DNA of 63,739 nucleotides, counting the filler, from Choristocarpus tenellus KU-1152 (lineage: Eukaryota > Protista > Phaeophyceae), in the NCBI GenBank assembly GCA_964200185.2. It is 10 parts of 10 records of this genome, joined end to end, with 100 filler letters (N's around TTAATTAATTAA, not from the genome) between each part and the next. Parts side by side here need not be neighbours in the genome. Positions count along the whole stretch, not along the records: positions 44,755 to 47,727 come from CAXNAD020023241.1; positions 47,828 to 54,788 come from CAXNAD020006961.1; positions 54,889 to 60,353 come from CAXNAD020010703.1; 7 more parts are not named here. The stretch is one strand, 5' to 3'. This document shows positions 44,655-58,163 of this stretch, piece after piece. The position numbers were made by a program, and so were the translations under genes. How positions within the stretch are numbered: the first letter of the stretch is position 1; every line of letters starts with the position of its first letter. The notes beneath the pieces are model-generated. The model searched no databases. It had not been told where the DNA came from and saw nothing but the letters and a program-made list of their open reading frames with translations.

Positions 44655-46106
44655 NNNNNNNNNNNNNNNNNNNNNNNNNNNNNNNNNNNNNNNNNNNNTT
44701 AATTAATTAANNNNNNNNNNNNNNNNNNNNNNNNNNNNNNNNNNNNNNNNNNNNAAGGCAGAGTTGCGTGGCGCAAACCCCCCCCCCCCCACCCCTCGTC
44801 TGTCCATATGGTTGTCCTCTTTTTTTTTCTTTCTGCAATCTCTATCGCCTTCCTGTTGTTAGGAGATGTGAATAATTCTGGACAATCTTTTTGTGTAATG
44901 GGCTGGGCCTACCTGAGCTTGTTTCGGGAGGATTCAGTAGATTGTTTAGACTGTTTAGACTGTTGTGTGAAGGTAGGCAATGGTACAGTACATACATGTA
45001 CGCTGTATCTATCAGAGGTATACCTTATAAGGTCACGCTAATCGCCTCCTTGATCTGGTTGGTCGGAATCTCCGATTTCTCTCCTCAAAATTGACACGAG
45101 GCCTCCTTTTTTTTTTCAATGAAGTGCATTGAATATTAGATTCAAAACCGTTTTTTTTGGTTCTCATCCATATTAGACTTACTTCTCCGGCAACAAGACA
45201 CTAACAATGTACACATTGAATATTGTAATGTAATGTGATGGTTTTTTCTTTTATTCATGTATACGTGCGTAAAAAATATATATATATATTTATATTTGCT
45301 GAGAGATTTTGCTATATTTAAGTATATAGAAGAAATAAATTTTTCTGTAGAGGATTAGAGTAGCGCATTTTTTGTTTTAGTTTTGTAGTAGAGATTTTTG
45401 TTGCGTAGTGATAATGCCGTCCCTTAATTAATTGTGTTTTTGTGGTGATAGAATTGGATCCCTTGCTTGATCTCTGACTTTGTCATTATGTATTTGCTTT
45501 GGTCCTTTCCTTTCAGCACCAATTCGAGCGGTGTTAGGGTTTGGTTTGGTTTGGTTTGTGGTGTGGTTTGCTTCTGTTAAACTAGTGCTTGTAAGTTGTA
45601 AGTACAGATAAAAAACCCTCCTTCCTTCTTGTGCAGGAACCAGTTCTGGTAGTGATGAACAGGCGTACTGATATATTTTTATTTTTATATGTTTTTGAGT
45701 AACCTCCTGTTGACAGTGGGAGTTTGTTGCCACACCCAGGCAGAAAAAAATAAATAACGTATTTTATAGTTTATATTTTGTGCCTTTTTTTTTCGTAGCC
45801 TATTAGTTTGTTGCCCTTCACCCTGCATAAACTGGTACTGAGGACTTGAAATAGTATAGTATTTATTTTTATTTGTGTGTGTGTGTGTGTGTGTGAATTT
45901 TTAAAAACTGTTGCGAAGAATAGATACTGCTCTCCAAAACACATCTATTGCCTTCAAAAAAGGTTGTGTGATGTCTTTATATTTTTTGTTTTATTGTTTT
46001 TGTTGACTGCGATACCGATAAAAGTATTATTTATTGTAATAATAATAATATAATGTAATAGTGATGATGATGTGGCCCGACCTGATGTGTGTGTGTGTGG
46101 TTGCAG

Positions 46107-47044
46107 CAAGTTTATCCTTGCTGCCGGTGGTGATGGGGAAGTGTTCAAGTTTGACATTCGCTCAAAGCAATGTGTACTACGATTCTACAACGAGGTGAGA
46201 TAATAATAATAACAATATTAATAATAATAACAATAGTAGGAAGAGATTATAGTAGCGGTAGTATTCATGACATGGACTACAAATAAGACTACAAATAAGA
46301 ACCTGTTCTTCCTGGTGATGATGATGATGATGTTTCACTCTAGTTATCTATACTATTAGTGTAATCATTGCTACTATTGGAGCTTGACCTGTATGTATTT
46401 ATAACTTTTCCATGGACATACAGAATCACCTGGTACCCCCCCCCCCTCTTCCCCATTACTCCGAATGGTTCATTTGTGCAGTATAGCCTTGCCCCCTTGC
46501 CCCAAGCACACAATCTTCAGTAATCAAAATAGAAGAATATGTAAAAATAAAAGTTGATACAAGTTGCCTCAACTAATTTTATCGAGGGCTCTGCTCTGAT
46601 GTTTGAATGCCTGACTGTGATGTTGAATACTTGAGTCCTTACGTAGTCTTTCATCTATCCAGGGGAAAAATTCTAAGTACTGTTGGTTGAGGTATGAAGC
46701 TGTCACAGTGGTCCAGTGTTACTGATTATTATTATTATTATTGTTATTATTAATAATAATAATAATATTACTATCATTATTATTTCGTGGTGTTTTTGTT
46801 TTGATGTGGAAAAATGATACCCTCTAATCAATATTGCTAGGGAGTGTATATTTTATTTTATTTAGAGATGCTGTTAGTATTGACCCGTGCTGCTTTATGC
46901 TACTTGAAAAAATAAATAAATCTCATTCAGGGAGGAACTGCCACCAGGGCCATCGGCATTTCCTCTGGTGGGGGGGGGAACAGCTTCACTGCTGTTGGAT
47001 CAGATAGTGGTGTAGTGAATGTGTACGATGCCGCCTCCTTGGAG
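46107..47044 (+). CDS. UTP18: Internal exons (46107-46194, 46931-47044) of the WD40 SSU-processome protein UTP18
   Basis: KFILAAGGDGEVFKFDIRSKQCVLRFYNE|GGTATRAIGISS..FTAVGSDSGVVNVYD matches the UTP18 segment GDGEV..WD...C..RF.DEG...A.GS.SGVVN+Y. Confidence 0.8.
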
Positions 47045-47273
47045 GTGAAAACTGAGTCAGTACTGCTACTGTTGATGCTGCGGTGTGTTTTCGTAGTGTG
47101 TGACAGCTTAGGGTTAGGGTAGGGTTAGGGTTAGGGTTTTGTGTGGTACAGTTGTGATAAGAAGTGCTTGTTCTTTGGTTGTTAATAAGGGTACTATACT
47201 AGGTTATCTACCTTGGTTGTTAGTAAGGGTACTAGATTGTCTACCGGGTCTGTTTATTAATAGCAACAACTTG

Positions 47274-47305
<32 letters not shown>

Positions 47306-47310
<5 letters not shown>

Positions 47311-47566
47311 AAAGTATGTTATAGAGGGTAGAGCCGCGTCCATTTGGGGGCCAATATCCAATGTTGCAATTTTGATGTAATTTTGACCGTCATGCTTGTT
47401 AGGAGATGTCAATATCCTTGTTCCAGACTCTCCTTTTCATAACGTATACATTTTACCAACTCCGAAACATTTTAGAATAGGTAAGATGTCATTATGAACC
47501 TGTGGGAAGCCAAGCCCCAAATGGACAAACAGGGCTGAACTCGTACCCTCTAAGATACTTCCACTC
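47306..47566. mobile_element. MITE family B, complete copy in opposite orientation, inserted in a (TG)n tract
   Basis: Reverse-complement match to 41123-41384. Confidence 0.88.
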
Positions 47567-47827
47567 TGTGTGTGTTAATGTAAGATGAAGAGGTGGATTG
47601 TCTTGGAGAGCGGCGTCGGGTGATCGCAAGGGGCCTCTGTGACTTGCCTCCTGGGTTTGATAGTGTGTTGGGTGGGATAGGGTGTTCAGGACAATGACAA
47701 GTTCTTTGATCTAGACATGCCTTCTATNNNNNNNNNNNNNNNNNNNNNNNNNNNNNNNNNNNNNNNNNNNNTTAATTAATTAANNNNNNNNNNNNNNNNN
47801 NNNNNNNNNNNNNNNNNNNNNNNNNNN

Positions 47828-48615
47828 ATCTTGTCCTCCGCACGTCCTCTGTTGAGCTGCATTGAGGATCTCATCCTCCGCGTGGACACATCTACGCAAA
47901 TACCTGCGGCATGCTGTCCCTGATGTCTACGATCAGAGCTCCTTTGTCGAGCTGCAAGAGGATCTCTCGTCCTCCACACGGACACATCTGCAAATACTTA
48001 CAGCATGCTGTCCCTGATGCCAATGATCAGAGCTCCTTTCTTGGCATGATCTTGGCTGTCTCCAGCTGCTCGTACTCTTGTCCAGATATGGTCGAGACCA
48101 ATGACGAAGTCTGCAGTGTCCTCCACTGATGAGCAGTACATGTCGCACAATTTCATCTCTGGAGCTATGAGCTGCATGGGCCGCTGAGCAGTAGCGCGCC
48201 CCCCATAGATCTGCTCTAATTTGAGACAGGCTGCCCTCCTGTCAGGGCTGCCTCCTCTCGTACGTGTTGACCATACAAGCTGACCACCATAGCTGCAGCA
48301 CCCCTCGTGGCCTGTCCCAGCAGGAACCATAAGGATTCGCGATGCCTGACGTATTCATCGTACGCGCAGCGTTCCTCGTATGATGTATCAGGTGTGGGAG
48401 GTGCAGGAATGCGGTATGCTGGTTGTAGGATGCAGTACAGTCTCTTGCCGCTCACATAGCTCACCAGCGCCATCCGCCATTCTGCTCACTTCTCCCTTGT
48501 ATGCCCCCATGCTCCACTCCATAGTGGTAGCATACGGGGGTCCGCTTACATACCAATGAGCATAACCTATAGGTTAGATTTTCCTGCGAAGGGGAATCGT
48601 GTGAGGCTCATAACC
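47828..48615 (-). mobile_element. Ty1/copia LTR retrotransposon relic: PBS and frameshifted gag
   Basis: Minus-strand GGTTATGAGCC (copia half-tRNA-Met-type PBS) at 48615-48605. Gag-like fragments follow: RAACLKLEQIYGG...KL...EDTADFVIGLDHI...GD...KGALIIGI. Confidence 0.65.
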
Positions 48616-49239
48616 TATGCAAAAGAGAGCTCTTCCAATAGAGTATTTTCATTATGCTGTATGGATGTGTTTATTAGTGGAGTAAGTACTACCCTCAAGG
48701 TGGGGGAGTGCTCTCCCTTGCTATCTAATGCATTCGTCATCAAACATGTCAGAAATATGTTTGTAACAGTTACACTACATCAGTCACTTAAACGTTCAAG
48801 TTAAACTACGTCAGTCACTTATAATTTCAAATTAAACTACTGAGTCAATACTTCTGTTGTTTAGTGTTGGTCACTAAACACATAAGACTATAGACTAACT
48901 AGCCTATATTGCACAATAAACAGAGTACTCAAGAGACAAATCCCACACAACAATATATCCAAGGTATTCAATACGCGCTATTAGAACATTGCCTCATAAT
49001 CCCAACCAATCCAAAGTTGGTGTTTGCTACAGATTGGATAAAAACGTAAGAGTACCCTCTTCACTTTTAGTGTTGTGCACACATGTGTGTGAACGAAATG
49101 TGTCCATGGATGGACGGATGTATCATGTGTATGTGCGCACGCGCAAGTGTTCTAATCTCAAGTCAAAAAGGTTCTTGCACGATTTGAAGGTTTCACTCCA
49201 CTCTGCAATGGTAATGATCTCTTGAACAAGTATTACATA

Positions 49240-50900
49240 CTTCCTCAGTCCCATAGGTTTGGACCCTTAAGTTGTAGCTCTTCAGGATGACCTCTGACTA
49301 CAATATGAACTTTTGCGTCAGATTCCTTGGAATAGTTTGTATGAAAAACTTCATCTTGAAGAATTCTAGAAAGACTTTTGTTTTGGAAAGGTTCCGAAAA
49401 ATCGGAACACAGAATGGGGCGTATTCTTATCATTTTTTGATGTTCCTGCTGCAGTGTGGAGCCGCACAACACTCTCACGACCCCCATGGTGAGCCCCACA
49501 GCCTGTCGTCCCCACACAAAGCCCACCGTCGCAGGGAAAAACTGCAAGCTGACCAAGGAAGGTCGGGACACACTTGCTCTGCATTATGCATTGGCTCTTC
49601 CTCCGGGTCAGTCACAAGAGGCTCCTGATGGGTATGGGCGCGCATCAAAGAAGAGTTAAGACAGGAGGAATACTGTCTCGCTAAAATCACAAGCACAATC
49701 TGGATGGTTGTCAGACTTTACACCAACGAAACAAGTCAAGACCCAGGAAATCAGTATCAATAATTGCATGCCGACTATCGATCAACTTTCTGTCAAGCTC
49801 ACTGAAGTGGGGCTCACACTTGGCAGCTCAAGCTTCATCGCTGGCCTGAAGCCATGGGGGCAACAAGGCCCTAGCGGAGCATCACCCCTAGCCTTTCGTT
49901 TTCTCACAAGAACAGGGTGAACTTCATCCTCAACCAGATCTCCCGCAACCACAAAACCTACAGGACTGGCCTCAACACCATTCACATAGACGAGGCATGA
50001 TTCTACCTCGTCCGTGAACGAGAGATGGTACGCATGTTCCTGGGGGAGGAAAAGGTGGGCTTGACCAAGGTGCAGCACAAGAATCACATTCCAAAAGTGA
50101 AGCTCATCTCCACTGTTTTGTGCCGAGATCCTTCCCATGATTTCAATGGCAAGATCAGGATCTGGTGGGTTTGTGTCATGAAGGAGGCAAGGCGCAACAG
50201 ACTACAGTGCAGCACACGAAGGGTGAGAAATATAAGGTCAACATCACCGTTGGCACCAAGTGGTACCTGGAGTGGTACACAGAGCAGCTGTTGCCAGCGA
50301 TCAAGGAAAAAATGCCACGCCTAGAATCGGGGACGGCCTCCATACAGCAGGACAGCGCGACCCCGCATACAGGCAAGGGCACGGTGCATAAGCTGCAAGC
50401 AACAGGGATGGAGAAGAGATTGAACATTGAGCTCATGACGCAGCCAGCACAGTCGCTCCATCTGAACACCAATGATTTGGAGTTTTTGGCATCTCTGAAG
50501 AGCAGGGTTTGGGCGGACCATTATGGCACCATCAATGAACTGGTAGAGGGGGTTACAAGCATGTTTCACATGTACGGCACGGACACTCGAAAGGGTGAGG
50601 CAGAGTCTGTTTAAGAGGTATAACCAGGTGTTCAGGGCGCTGGGGGGGAACATTTTCGAGGTAGAGCATACCAGGACCAAAAAAAGGCAGCGGGAGGGCG
50701 AGTTGGCTAGATCAGCAAAGTAGACAGAGCGGCCTCCGCGGCAACCCTGGATTGGTGGGTTGACGGTGTCGAATAAAGGTGAGACATAGTTTTCTACTGT
50801 AAAATATTTGAAGAAATTCAACGCAAGGGTCCGTTTTGTAATCGGAGGTCATCCCGAAGGGCTACAACTTAAATGGCCCTGACTTGTGGAATAGAGGGAG
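49240..50900 (+). mobile_element. Full-length decayed Tc1/mariner transposon (plant-mariner/Stowaway-type termini), 1661 bp
   Basis: TA TSDs at 49238-49239 and 50901-50902; about 95-bp imperfect TIRs (CTTCCTC... / ...GAGGGAG). Frameshifted transposase fragments: IHIDEA*FY, KNHIPKV, FNGKI, LLPAIKEKMP, IQQDSATPH, QPAQSLHLNTNDLEF. Confidence 0.92.
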
Positions 50901-51544
50901 TATATGATGACAATCATAGCCCTCAATTCCAGATTCCATAAAAGAGATGCTTGGTCATACATCCCATATTGAATTTAATTACTCCTAGACATTCCTACCC
51001 TGAAGCATACAAATATTTAATTTACTGTATACTTCGAAGTACTACAGCACTCTCTAAACTACTACCAGTAGTTGGCAATATCCTTATGAAGGTTTTAGAT
51101 ATAAAATAATCCCCATGGTGTTGTTCTTCTTGAAACTTAAGATGAAGATGCCACTCTTTCTTGCCATCTTACCAAACATACACCAGAGCTCAGCTCAGTA
51201 CTATCTACTTAAGTCAACAAGCAAATTGCATGGTGGCAAAGTTCGACAAAACTCAAGACTACATTGCTAAGACCATAGGCCTTTTGAAAACATATACTTG
51301 ATACCAGCGACTCTGTTGTTACCAGAACTGCCACCCCCTATTGAGGATGCATACCATGCAAGAAAAGTGCAACCGTTGACCATACAAAAATGAGCACAAT
51401 CACCTTTGTTACCCCCCAAAAAAGGGTGAAAAAGGAACACCAGTGCAACAACGAGGGTCAGACACAGAACCCTCCTCCTCCAGGAACAGCTACACAAAAA
51501 CAACCACTGCGTGCTGCCTTAGGTTGGAATGTCTTAACAACTCC

Positions 51545-54500
51545 TTAGAGCCCTGCCCTGGCAGCAATCTTCTTAAACTCCTCCCAGAACAGAAAAGTAA
51601 AAATTGTATGTGGCTGATACATTCCAAAGAGACCCCAGGCATGGCAGCGTAAGGGCAGCAAGGAGGGGAAGTTTAGAGTTGGGTGCCACAGAAGGTATAC
51701 TGATACTTCGAAGTATTCACACTAGCTGATGTCATGACTTGGGGGACAGAGGTACCACTCCACTCAACAACAGTGTACAATCCACTTTCGAAAACGTTAC
51801 GAGAACTCTAGGTTGTTGAGAAGTACTATCAACCATTCATTGTGTACCGTATGATCATTGAAACCAACAGTACATCAACCATATCCCTGAGTATTTGCTG
51901 AAAGCATAGGAGAGCAGATATACATATGCTACTCTGCTGTGTTATGTAGAGCACTAGAAGAACAAACCTAAGGAAAGGGCTTGTTGGTGGGCATCCCCAC
52001 TGCACACAGCACCACTAAAGCTTTTCTTGCGAAAAACCAAACTGATTTGGTTAATATTAATTGGTTCCTACTGGACAGGTGCGATAGTGTATATCAGTGC
52101 AGTTTACTGTTCGAAGTGTCATACAAATGAATGAATAAGTAGGCAGAAGAAACTACATCCTACAAGCATGCTGTTCAGGGGAAAAGGTGTAAGCAAACCA
52201 CAAGAACATGCAGACTCAATCGAGTACATAGTTGACACTATCGTACCATGAAAAACTGTCAAGGCTAAATTGTCACAGACGGATTCGCAACTCCAGTCCT
52301 CCCTCTCTCTTTCCAAGTCTGCCCTTACACGAAACATCTGCTGACATCCCACTCACCTTTCATCACAAACTGATACCTATTCAGTACACACTCGCCATTT
52401 TCAAAGGTTAAGTGCAACGTCAAATCAAAAACCATAAACCCACAGAGTAGCACTTCAGACAGCAGGGTAAAATTACTGTACACTATATTTATCAGGAACA
52501 CTCCATGACACTGTAAAAATAAATTATTACTATGGAATACGGCACAGTAACGAGGAACAAGATTGTAGCACTCACCCCCAACCGAAAATAGTGTGCTGTC
52601 CAGCCCTTGTACAGCTGAAGGTAACATGTAGAGCAGAGCAAATCAGACATTTATATTGAACATGCAGAGGAATCAGGTAGGTCGGAAGGTGGGTGAGCTT
52701 TAGCGTTAAATTGGGGGGAGTTTCCACTGCAGACCTGCCAAAGTGAACCAAAAGCAAATCAAAATCTTTCGTGCAAAGTCCAACAAAATCAGTTCTTGAC
52801 GGGTGGAAATAGCCCTTTTGCAATCGTTATATCAACAGCTATAATATTGCACCTTGGTTATATCACCCAATAAAATTCAATTGCTGGTGAGCTGGTTGAC
52901 GAACGAGTTATGATATGGATGAGTTTCTCTGATCCGTTCAGGGCTTAACTAAAATACATTGTAAGGGGCTTGATTGGCTAATTCACATTCAGTTACACAT
53001 TTCAAAAGCAACCTTCTAACGGCAGCTAGGGAGGACACAGAAGAAAGGGGGAAGGTAGGTATAGTGTACTGGGGAGAGAGAGGATACTGGGTGAAACTGT
53101 CAAAGTGAGATGATGACTTAAGCTGGCTTGGAATGAGTAACTTGTGACAGGAAAATAAAAATATTATTATTCATTAGGGTCCTTGGTGTACAGAAATACT
53201 TGGCTTCATAAGGAAGAAAAAAAAAACGGTTTTTCCACCTAAAAGGTGTCCCGGCGTAAGTATCATCTTCGTCCCAAAGTCAAATGAAGTAGCAACTAAA
53301 TACTGCCAACTCAACATCAACATAACACAAGAGGTACCACAATGTTTCTTTACTTCCGTCACACCTCAGAGATGCCAAAATCCGTATCATACAAATTTTC
53401 ATCATACTCATCATCCCAATCTTAAGTCATCACCACCCAGGCCTCGAAAATCCTCAAGGCTACACCAGTTCTTGCTATCTCACTCACCCCACGAAAGCCC
53501 TCCGCCTGAATGGTCTTCAGGGCGCAGTCCAGTGGACCTCGATACCTCTCTTTGACCCCCCCACCCTGGGCGTACAACCTAGTACTGATAACATCAAACG
53601 GATTAATCGCCGTAGTTACCACCAGGCCAGCGACCATGCTCGATGCCAGATGCCTGCATACAAAAGTGATAAAAGTGTATAAAAGGGAGGGTGTCCGTTG
53701 TGTATGGGAAAGAGGTAGAATAGGAGGGGGTGGGCAGAGAGGCAGTAGCATAGGAAAAACGCCTTCCCTCCAAGTATGAACTACACCAAGACACCATGGT
53801 GCGCTTCTTGCATCCCCTAAGTTGGTAAGGCCCGTCATAGTAACCTGAATATACATTTACTACCACAGGTAGCACCAAAAAGCAGTGTGTTTTCAAGGTA
53901 CAACTGGGTAAAAGACACAATATAGTAGTCATCTCATTGACACAAATTGCCGTCAAATAGTAGGATCAGCAATAGGGTTGGGAATAATCAAAGGGGATTT
54001 TGCAATGTTGGGGATATTACTGCAAAACACATATCATTACTGTACATAATCTCAACCAGAATAGAAAAAGAAAAAAAATACTGCCAAGAGAAAGGATGCC
54101 ATTTGTGGAAGCTCACAGAGTGACGCAAGGTTGCACGTATGAAAGAGTTAATATATCTCTAGGGGGAGGGAGAAGAACGTCAAAAAAAAAATGGCTCCAC
54201 AATTGTGTGAAGTACATTATTCTGCAGTGCTGTATACCCATGGGGGTTGTTTTGTTTTGTTTTTTGTGTATGTATGTGTGTGTGTGTGTGTGTTTGTGTG
54301 TGGTTTTTGAGTGGAAAGGTAGGCAAGAATGGAGTAGTTCAAGATGGGATGAAGTCCCTCACACATAAAAGTCGTCCTTGAAGAATCCTATCTGGAGAAC
54401 AACTGCCTTGCAGGAGGAGTAAGACGACAACTGAGCTGAACTACCCACTCCCACCCTCATCACAGCTGCATCCACCCCTCGCATCAGCCCGAGTGGCCCC

Positions 54501-54545
54501 TCTCTACTTATGATGTCCTTGAATGCATGCATCATGCCCTTGTAC
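51545..54545 (-). CDS. Mitochondrial carrier (OAC1/SLC25A35-like), 3' exons 54545-54363, 53653-53488, 52614-52576, 51613-51545
   Basis: YKGMMHAF..EGPLGL.RG, RVGVGSSAQLSSY, NPFDVISTRLY, YRGPLDCALKT, LYKGWTAHYFRLG|PHTIFTFLFWE. Splice phases are consistent. Confidence 0.9.
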
Positions 54546-54888
54546 CTGAACGTGCAAGGGGGTGAGACAACCAGGTCAGAGAGAGAGAGAGAGAGAGAGA
54601 GAGGAATGTCGAGGTTGTTGACTGGCAAGACTAAAGGGGTACATGTCAATTGACATGTTTAAATCATGAAAAAATCGCGTATTAATGGAGGAAGAGAGTT
54701 GTACAGCTTGTGTCTACACTTGGGTCAAAGTATCTGGGGGGGGGGGGGGGGGTGGGCCCGGTTTTCCTTCTTTTTGTTGTTTTTCTTTNNNNNNNNNNNN
54801 NNNNNNNNNNNNNNNNNNNNNNNNNNNNNNNNTTAATTAATTAANNNNNNNNNNNNNNNNNNNNNNNNNNNNNNNNNNNNNNNNNNNN

Positions 54889-55560
54889 CGCAAGCGAGTC
54901 AATCAGTAAGTGACTATGGCGACTTCATCCCCTATCTGAGGGCGCCTTGTGTCCTAGGACCATTCACTGTAGGAGCATGTTAGGTGAATCTGACCTAGCA
55001 CACTGGATCGTGGTGTGCTAGGTCATCATCGTCATCAGGATGGTTATAAGGACTCAGTAATTTGTATGTTCCACAGAACATACACACACATCTTTTTTGG
55101 ATTGAAGATGTGGAGGACACACGTGAGACGAACAAGAAGAAGACCGATAACGGGAAAGCATGAAGACAGAAGACGAAGCCATACAACACGAGTCTGATCA
55201 CTGTGTGTGCTACGTTGAATAGACTCCAAGAGATCACACAAAAGTTCACAATAACAAAAGGGGGGAATGAGCCAAACCAATCGAGAGGTAGGCAGGGTTG
55301 CATCTTAAGGATCCTGAGAAAGGAAAATGTGCCATTTTGTACGATTTCGGAAAGACCCTCCCTCGTCCTCAACACCTTTATGTTGGACACCATAGTGTTG
55401 GAAAGCTTCAGGCGCCTATGCACACAGGCAGAGAAATTTCTGGATGAGCTAGGTACTCATGTAGTTGGCGGTAGGGGGGCTGAAGGGGCCTTAGTGAGTC
55501 GGAAGGGAGCAGTAAAGGCGTGCCTGCAACAGATTATGCCAGTCACTGAAAAATAGCAAT
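54889..55560 (+). mobile_element. Degenerate 3' part (RLE endonuclease region) of a CRE-like non-LTR retrotransposon
   Basis: IVLESFRRLCTQAEKFLDELGTHVVGGRG..SRKGAVKACLQQI resembles the conserved E[ST]FGR.G..A..F+.EL tail of RLE-type elements. Confidence 0.7.
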
Positions 55561-55951
55561 CCCCAGGCGTGTAATAATGCATCTTTTTACTGGAGACACT
55601 GGGCTAGACAGGGTTAATCTTGTGAAAGTTTTCCCTTCCTTCCATCTATTACCAAGTACACCACCTTATCATCCTTTTAGGAGCTATTCCAACAAAAGAG
55701 TAAGATTTTTTTTTTTCAATTTCACAACTCCAATGTTGTTGGTTTGGGTATAGGATATTTCTGCGTACTTCAAAGTAAGAAATACAGACTGTTTTGATTG
55801 ATACTTTATTTCATCTTGTCCTTTACATTGTATCTCTTCTTTCTCGCTACATGACAACAACTACAACACATCGGCAGGAAAAATAGCAGTATCTCATTCA
55901 ATTACCTCACGCACCTATAATTCCAGAGTTGTGAACCCTGAAATCTTTTTT

Positions 55952-56209
55952 GAGTGGAAGTATCTTAGAGGGAACGAGATTTGCCCTGTTTGTCCATTTG
56001 GGGCTTGGCTTCCCGTGGGTTTTTTATGACATTTTTCCACTCCAAAATGTTTCGGAGTAGGTAAAATGTGTACGTTATGGATTAGTGTGTCCAGAACAAG
56101 GATACTGACACTTCCTAACAAACACTGAAGCCAAAATTAAGTCAAAATCGCAACATTGGATTTTGGCCCCCAAATGGACGCAGCCCTACCCTCTAAGATA
56201 CTTTGGCTC
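55952..56209. mobile_element. MITE family B, complete copy
   Basis: Same TIRs and body as 41123-41384; flanks TTTT/ATTT. Confidence 0.88.
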
Positions 56210-57479
56210 ATTTGATTGTTGATTTCATTTAGTTCAACTAATAATGGAGAATGCCTTAGACCACGGCTATAACTGCCTGAATATAAAGTTGGTTGTTCAG
56301 AATATGCATGTGTACATACTCTCAAAACACGCAGAACTAGCTCAATGTGTCATACAACCCTTAGTGTCTCATCACCACTAGGTATGACTATTCCATACGA
56401 TTAACTTGCACTACACATTCGTTCCTGGCTTGAAATCTGGCTGAGGCCTGTGGAGGCTTTGAACTTGCAGAGTTTGAGATCCATCTGCCCGATTGGGTCC
56501 TCACACGTATATCCGGCATATGGAAATGAGGAAGACCAGATCAATCATCCAGAAATGAGAATATTATTACTTGATTGTCACCTATACTATTCGAGAGTTT
56601 CTACATGACTGGTTTACCCTTTTGCTTTTTTCAAGGGAACGTTTCTCTAGAAAAAAATATATACTATTGTGAATATTAATATATGGAGTAGTTTTAAGTA
56701 ATACATATCTGTCTTGTTGGTTGTGTGTATGTGTTCTCTCCAACATCAACCTTCACGGTGGAACGTTTTCTGAACGAGTTGACTTCGCAGGTGGTAGGGG
56801 GAGAAGGGCGGGAGGCTACAGGAGGTAAGGTGCTGTCAAATCTCGTTTACGACAGATAGTGTCCATCACAACACAAGTGACTCTATTAAAATGAGTCATG
56901 CGTTTTAAGCTGGAGATATCAGGGAGATGGGGAAGAAGAGGCCTGTCAGATTGTTGGGATGCTTCCCCAGCTTCTCGCCCGGTGTTGTAGGGTTAAGCTC
57001 GGTTGGAGGCATAGCAAGGGAGTGGTGCATCATAGCTGGTAGCCAAATAGTAAATATATGACAGAAAAATATCTTTCATCTTAATGAAAACTATTACTTT
57101 TTCAAAGGTTCTTATCGTATTGAAATGACTTTTCATTGATTTTTCCCCTGACAAAACTGCAAAATGTCAGAGGGCATAATAATATGCGTTCTCTCTAGTA
57201 TGTATCTACCTTATCTCCTTTCTCAAGAAAGTATTGCAACGATTATACATCAAACAGAAGTCAAGCAAGTAATACAGAGGCATAGGCAAGACACGATAAA
57301 TAATACCCCTGCTTCAGATATTATCATGTACCAGAGCATGCCTGCAAAAAAGCCTATGTATGTCAAACTTCGCAACTCCAGAGGGGTCCGATTCCAGATA
57401 GGGACCTCATTTCGTCGCAATATTATACAATACTTCAGAACTAACATATTTCACACGCCTTGGGTCGCACCCCCACACT

Positions 57480-57659
57480 GGGTCAAAGTATCTGGGGGGG
57501 AGGGGGGGTCTACACCAGGATGTCCATTTGGGACCTGACCAGGGGAAGTGAACTTACACTATCCATCTGATGCATGCAACCAAACCACACAAAAATCGTG
57601 ACGAGCAAAAACCTGACCCCAAATGGGCAGCCGCTACCCCCCCCTAGATACTTTAAGTC
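57480..57659. mobile_element. MITE family A, complete copy (180 bp) with 4-bp TSD CACT
   Basis: GGGTCAAAGTATCTG(n) ... C(n)TAGATACTTTAAGTC, with CACT on both flanks. Confidence 0.88.
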
Positions 57660-58163
57660 CACTAATAATTAAAAAAAGGAGTGATCTCAATCGAAAATTC
57701 TTTCGATTCGCCTCTTTATCTCAACAAGTATTTTTCTTTTAAATTCTCGTTGTTTCTAAATAGTCTATTTTTTAAGCCCTTTAATCGAAAATAATTAAAA
57801 GCAAAATAGTTTTAAATCTTTTTCCAGGAGATAAAAAACAACAATTACTCTTGGAAACGTCGAAGTGATGATTGATACATTCTTCAATGTGTCGTTCGTC
57901 CAAACAAAAAAATTTATGGAACTGCTCGCCTTCTACAAGTACATGGTCTATTTAATAATTGTTGCAGAAAGTCGTGAGGGTTTGTGGTGTGAGAGCAATG
58001 ACTACTCCACATGCAAGTGCCACATCACTTTTCCTTGATGCGGAGAACATGGGGCGCATGACGGGTGTGCCCAAGGTATGCTGTGCACTACAGAGGGAAG
58101 GATACGTTCCCGCTGTTGTTGGTTGTTCACATGTTTGAGTGTGTTATTTGTAAATACAGCATA

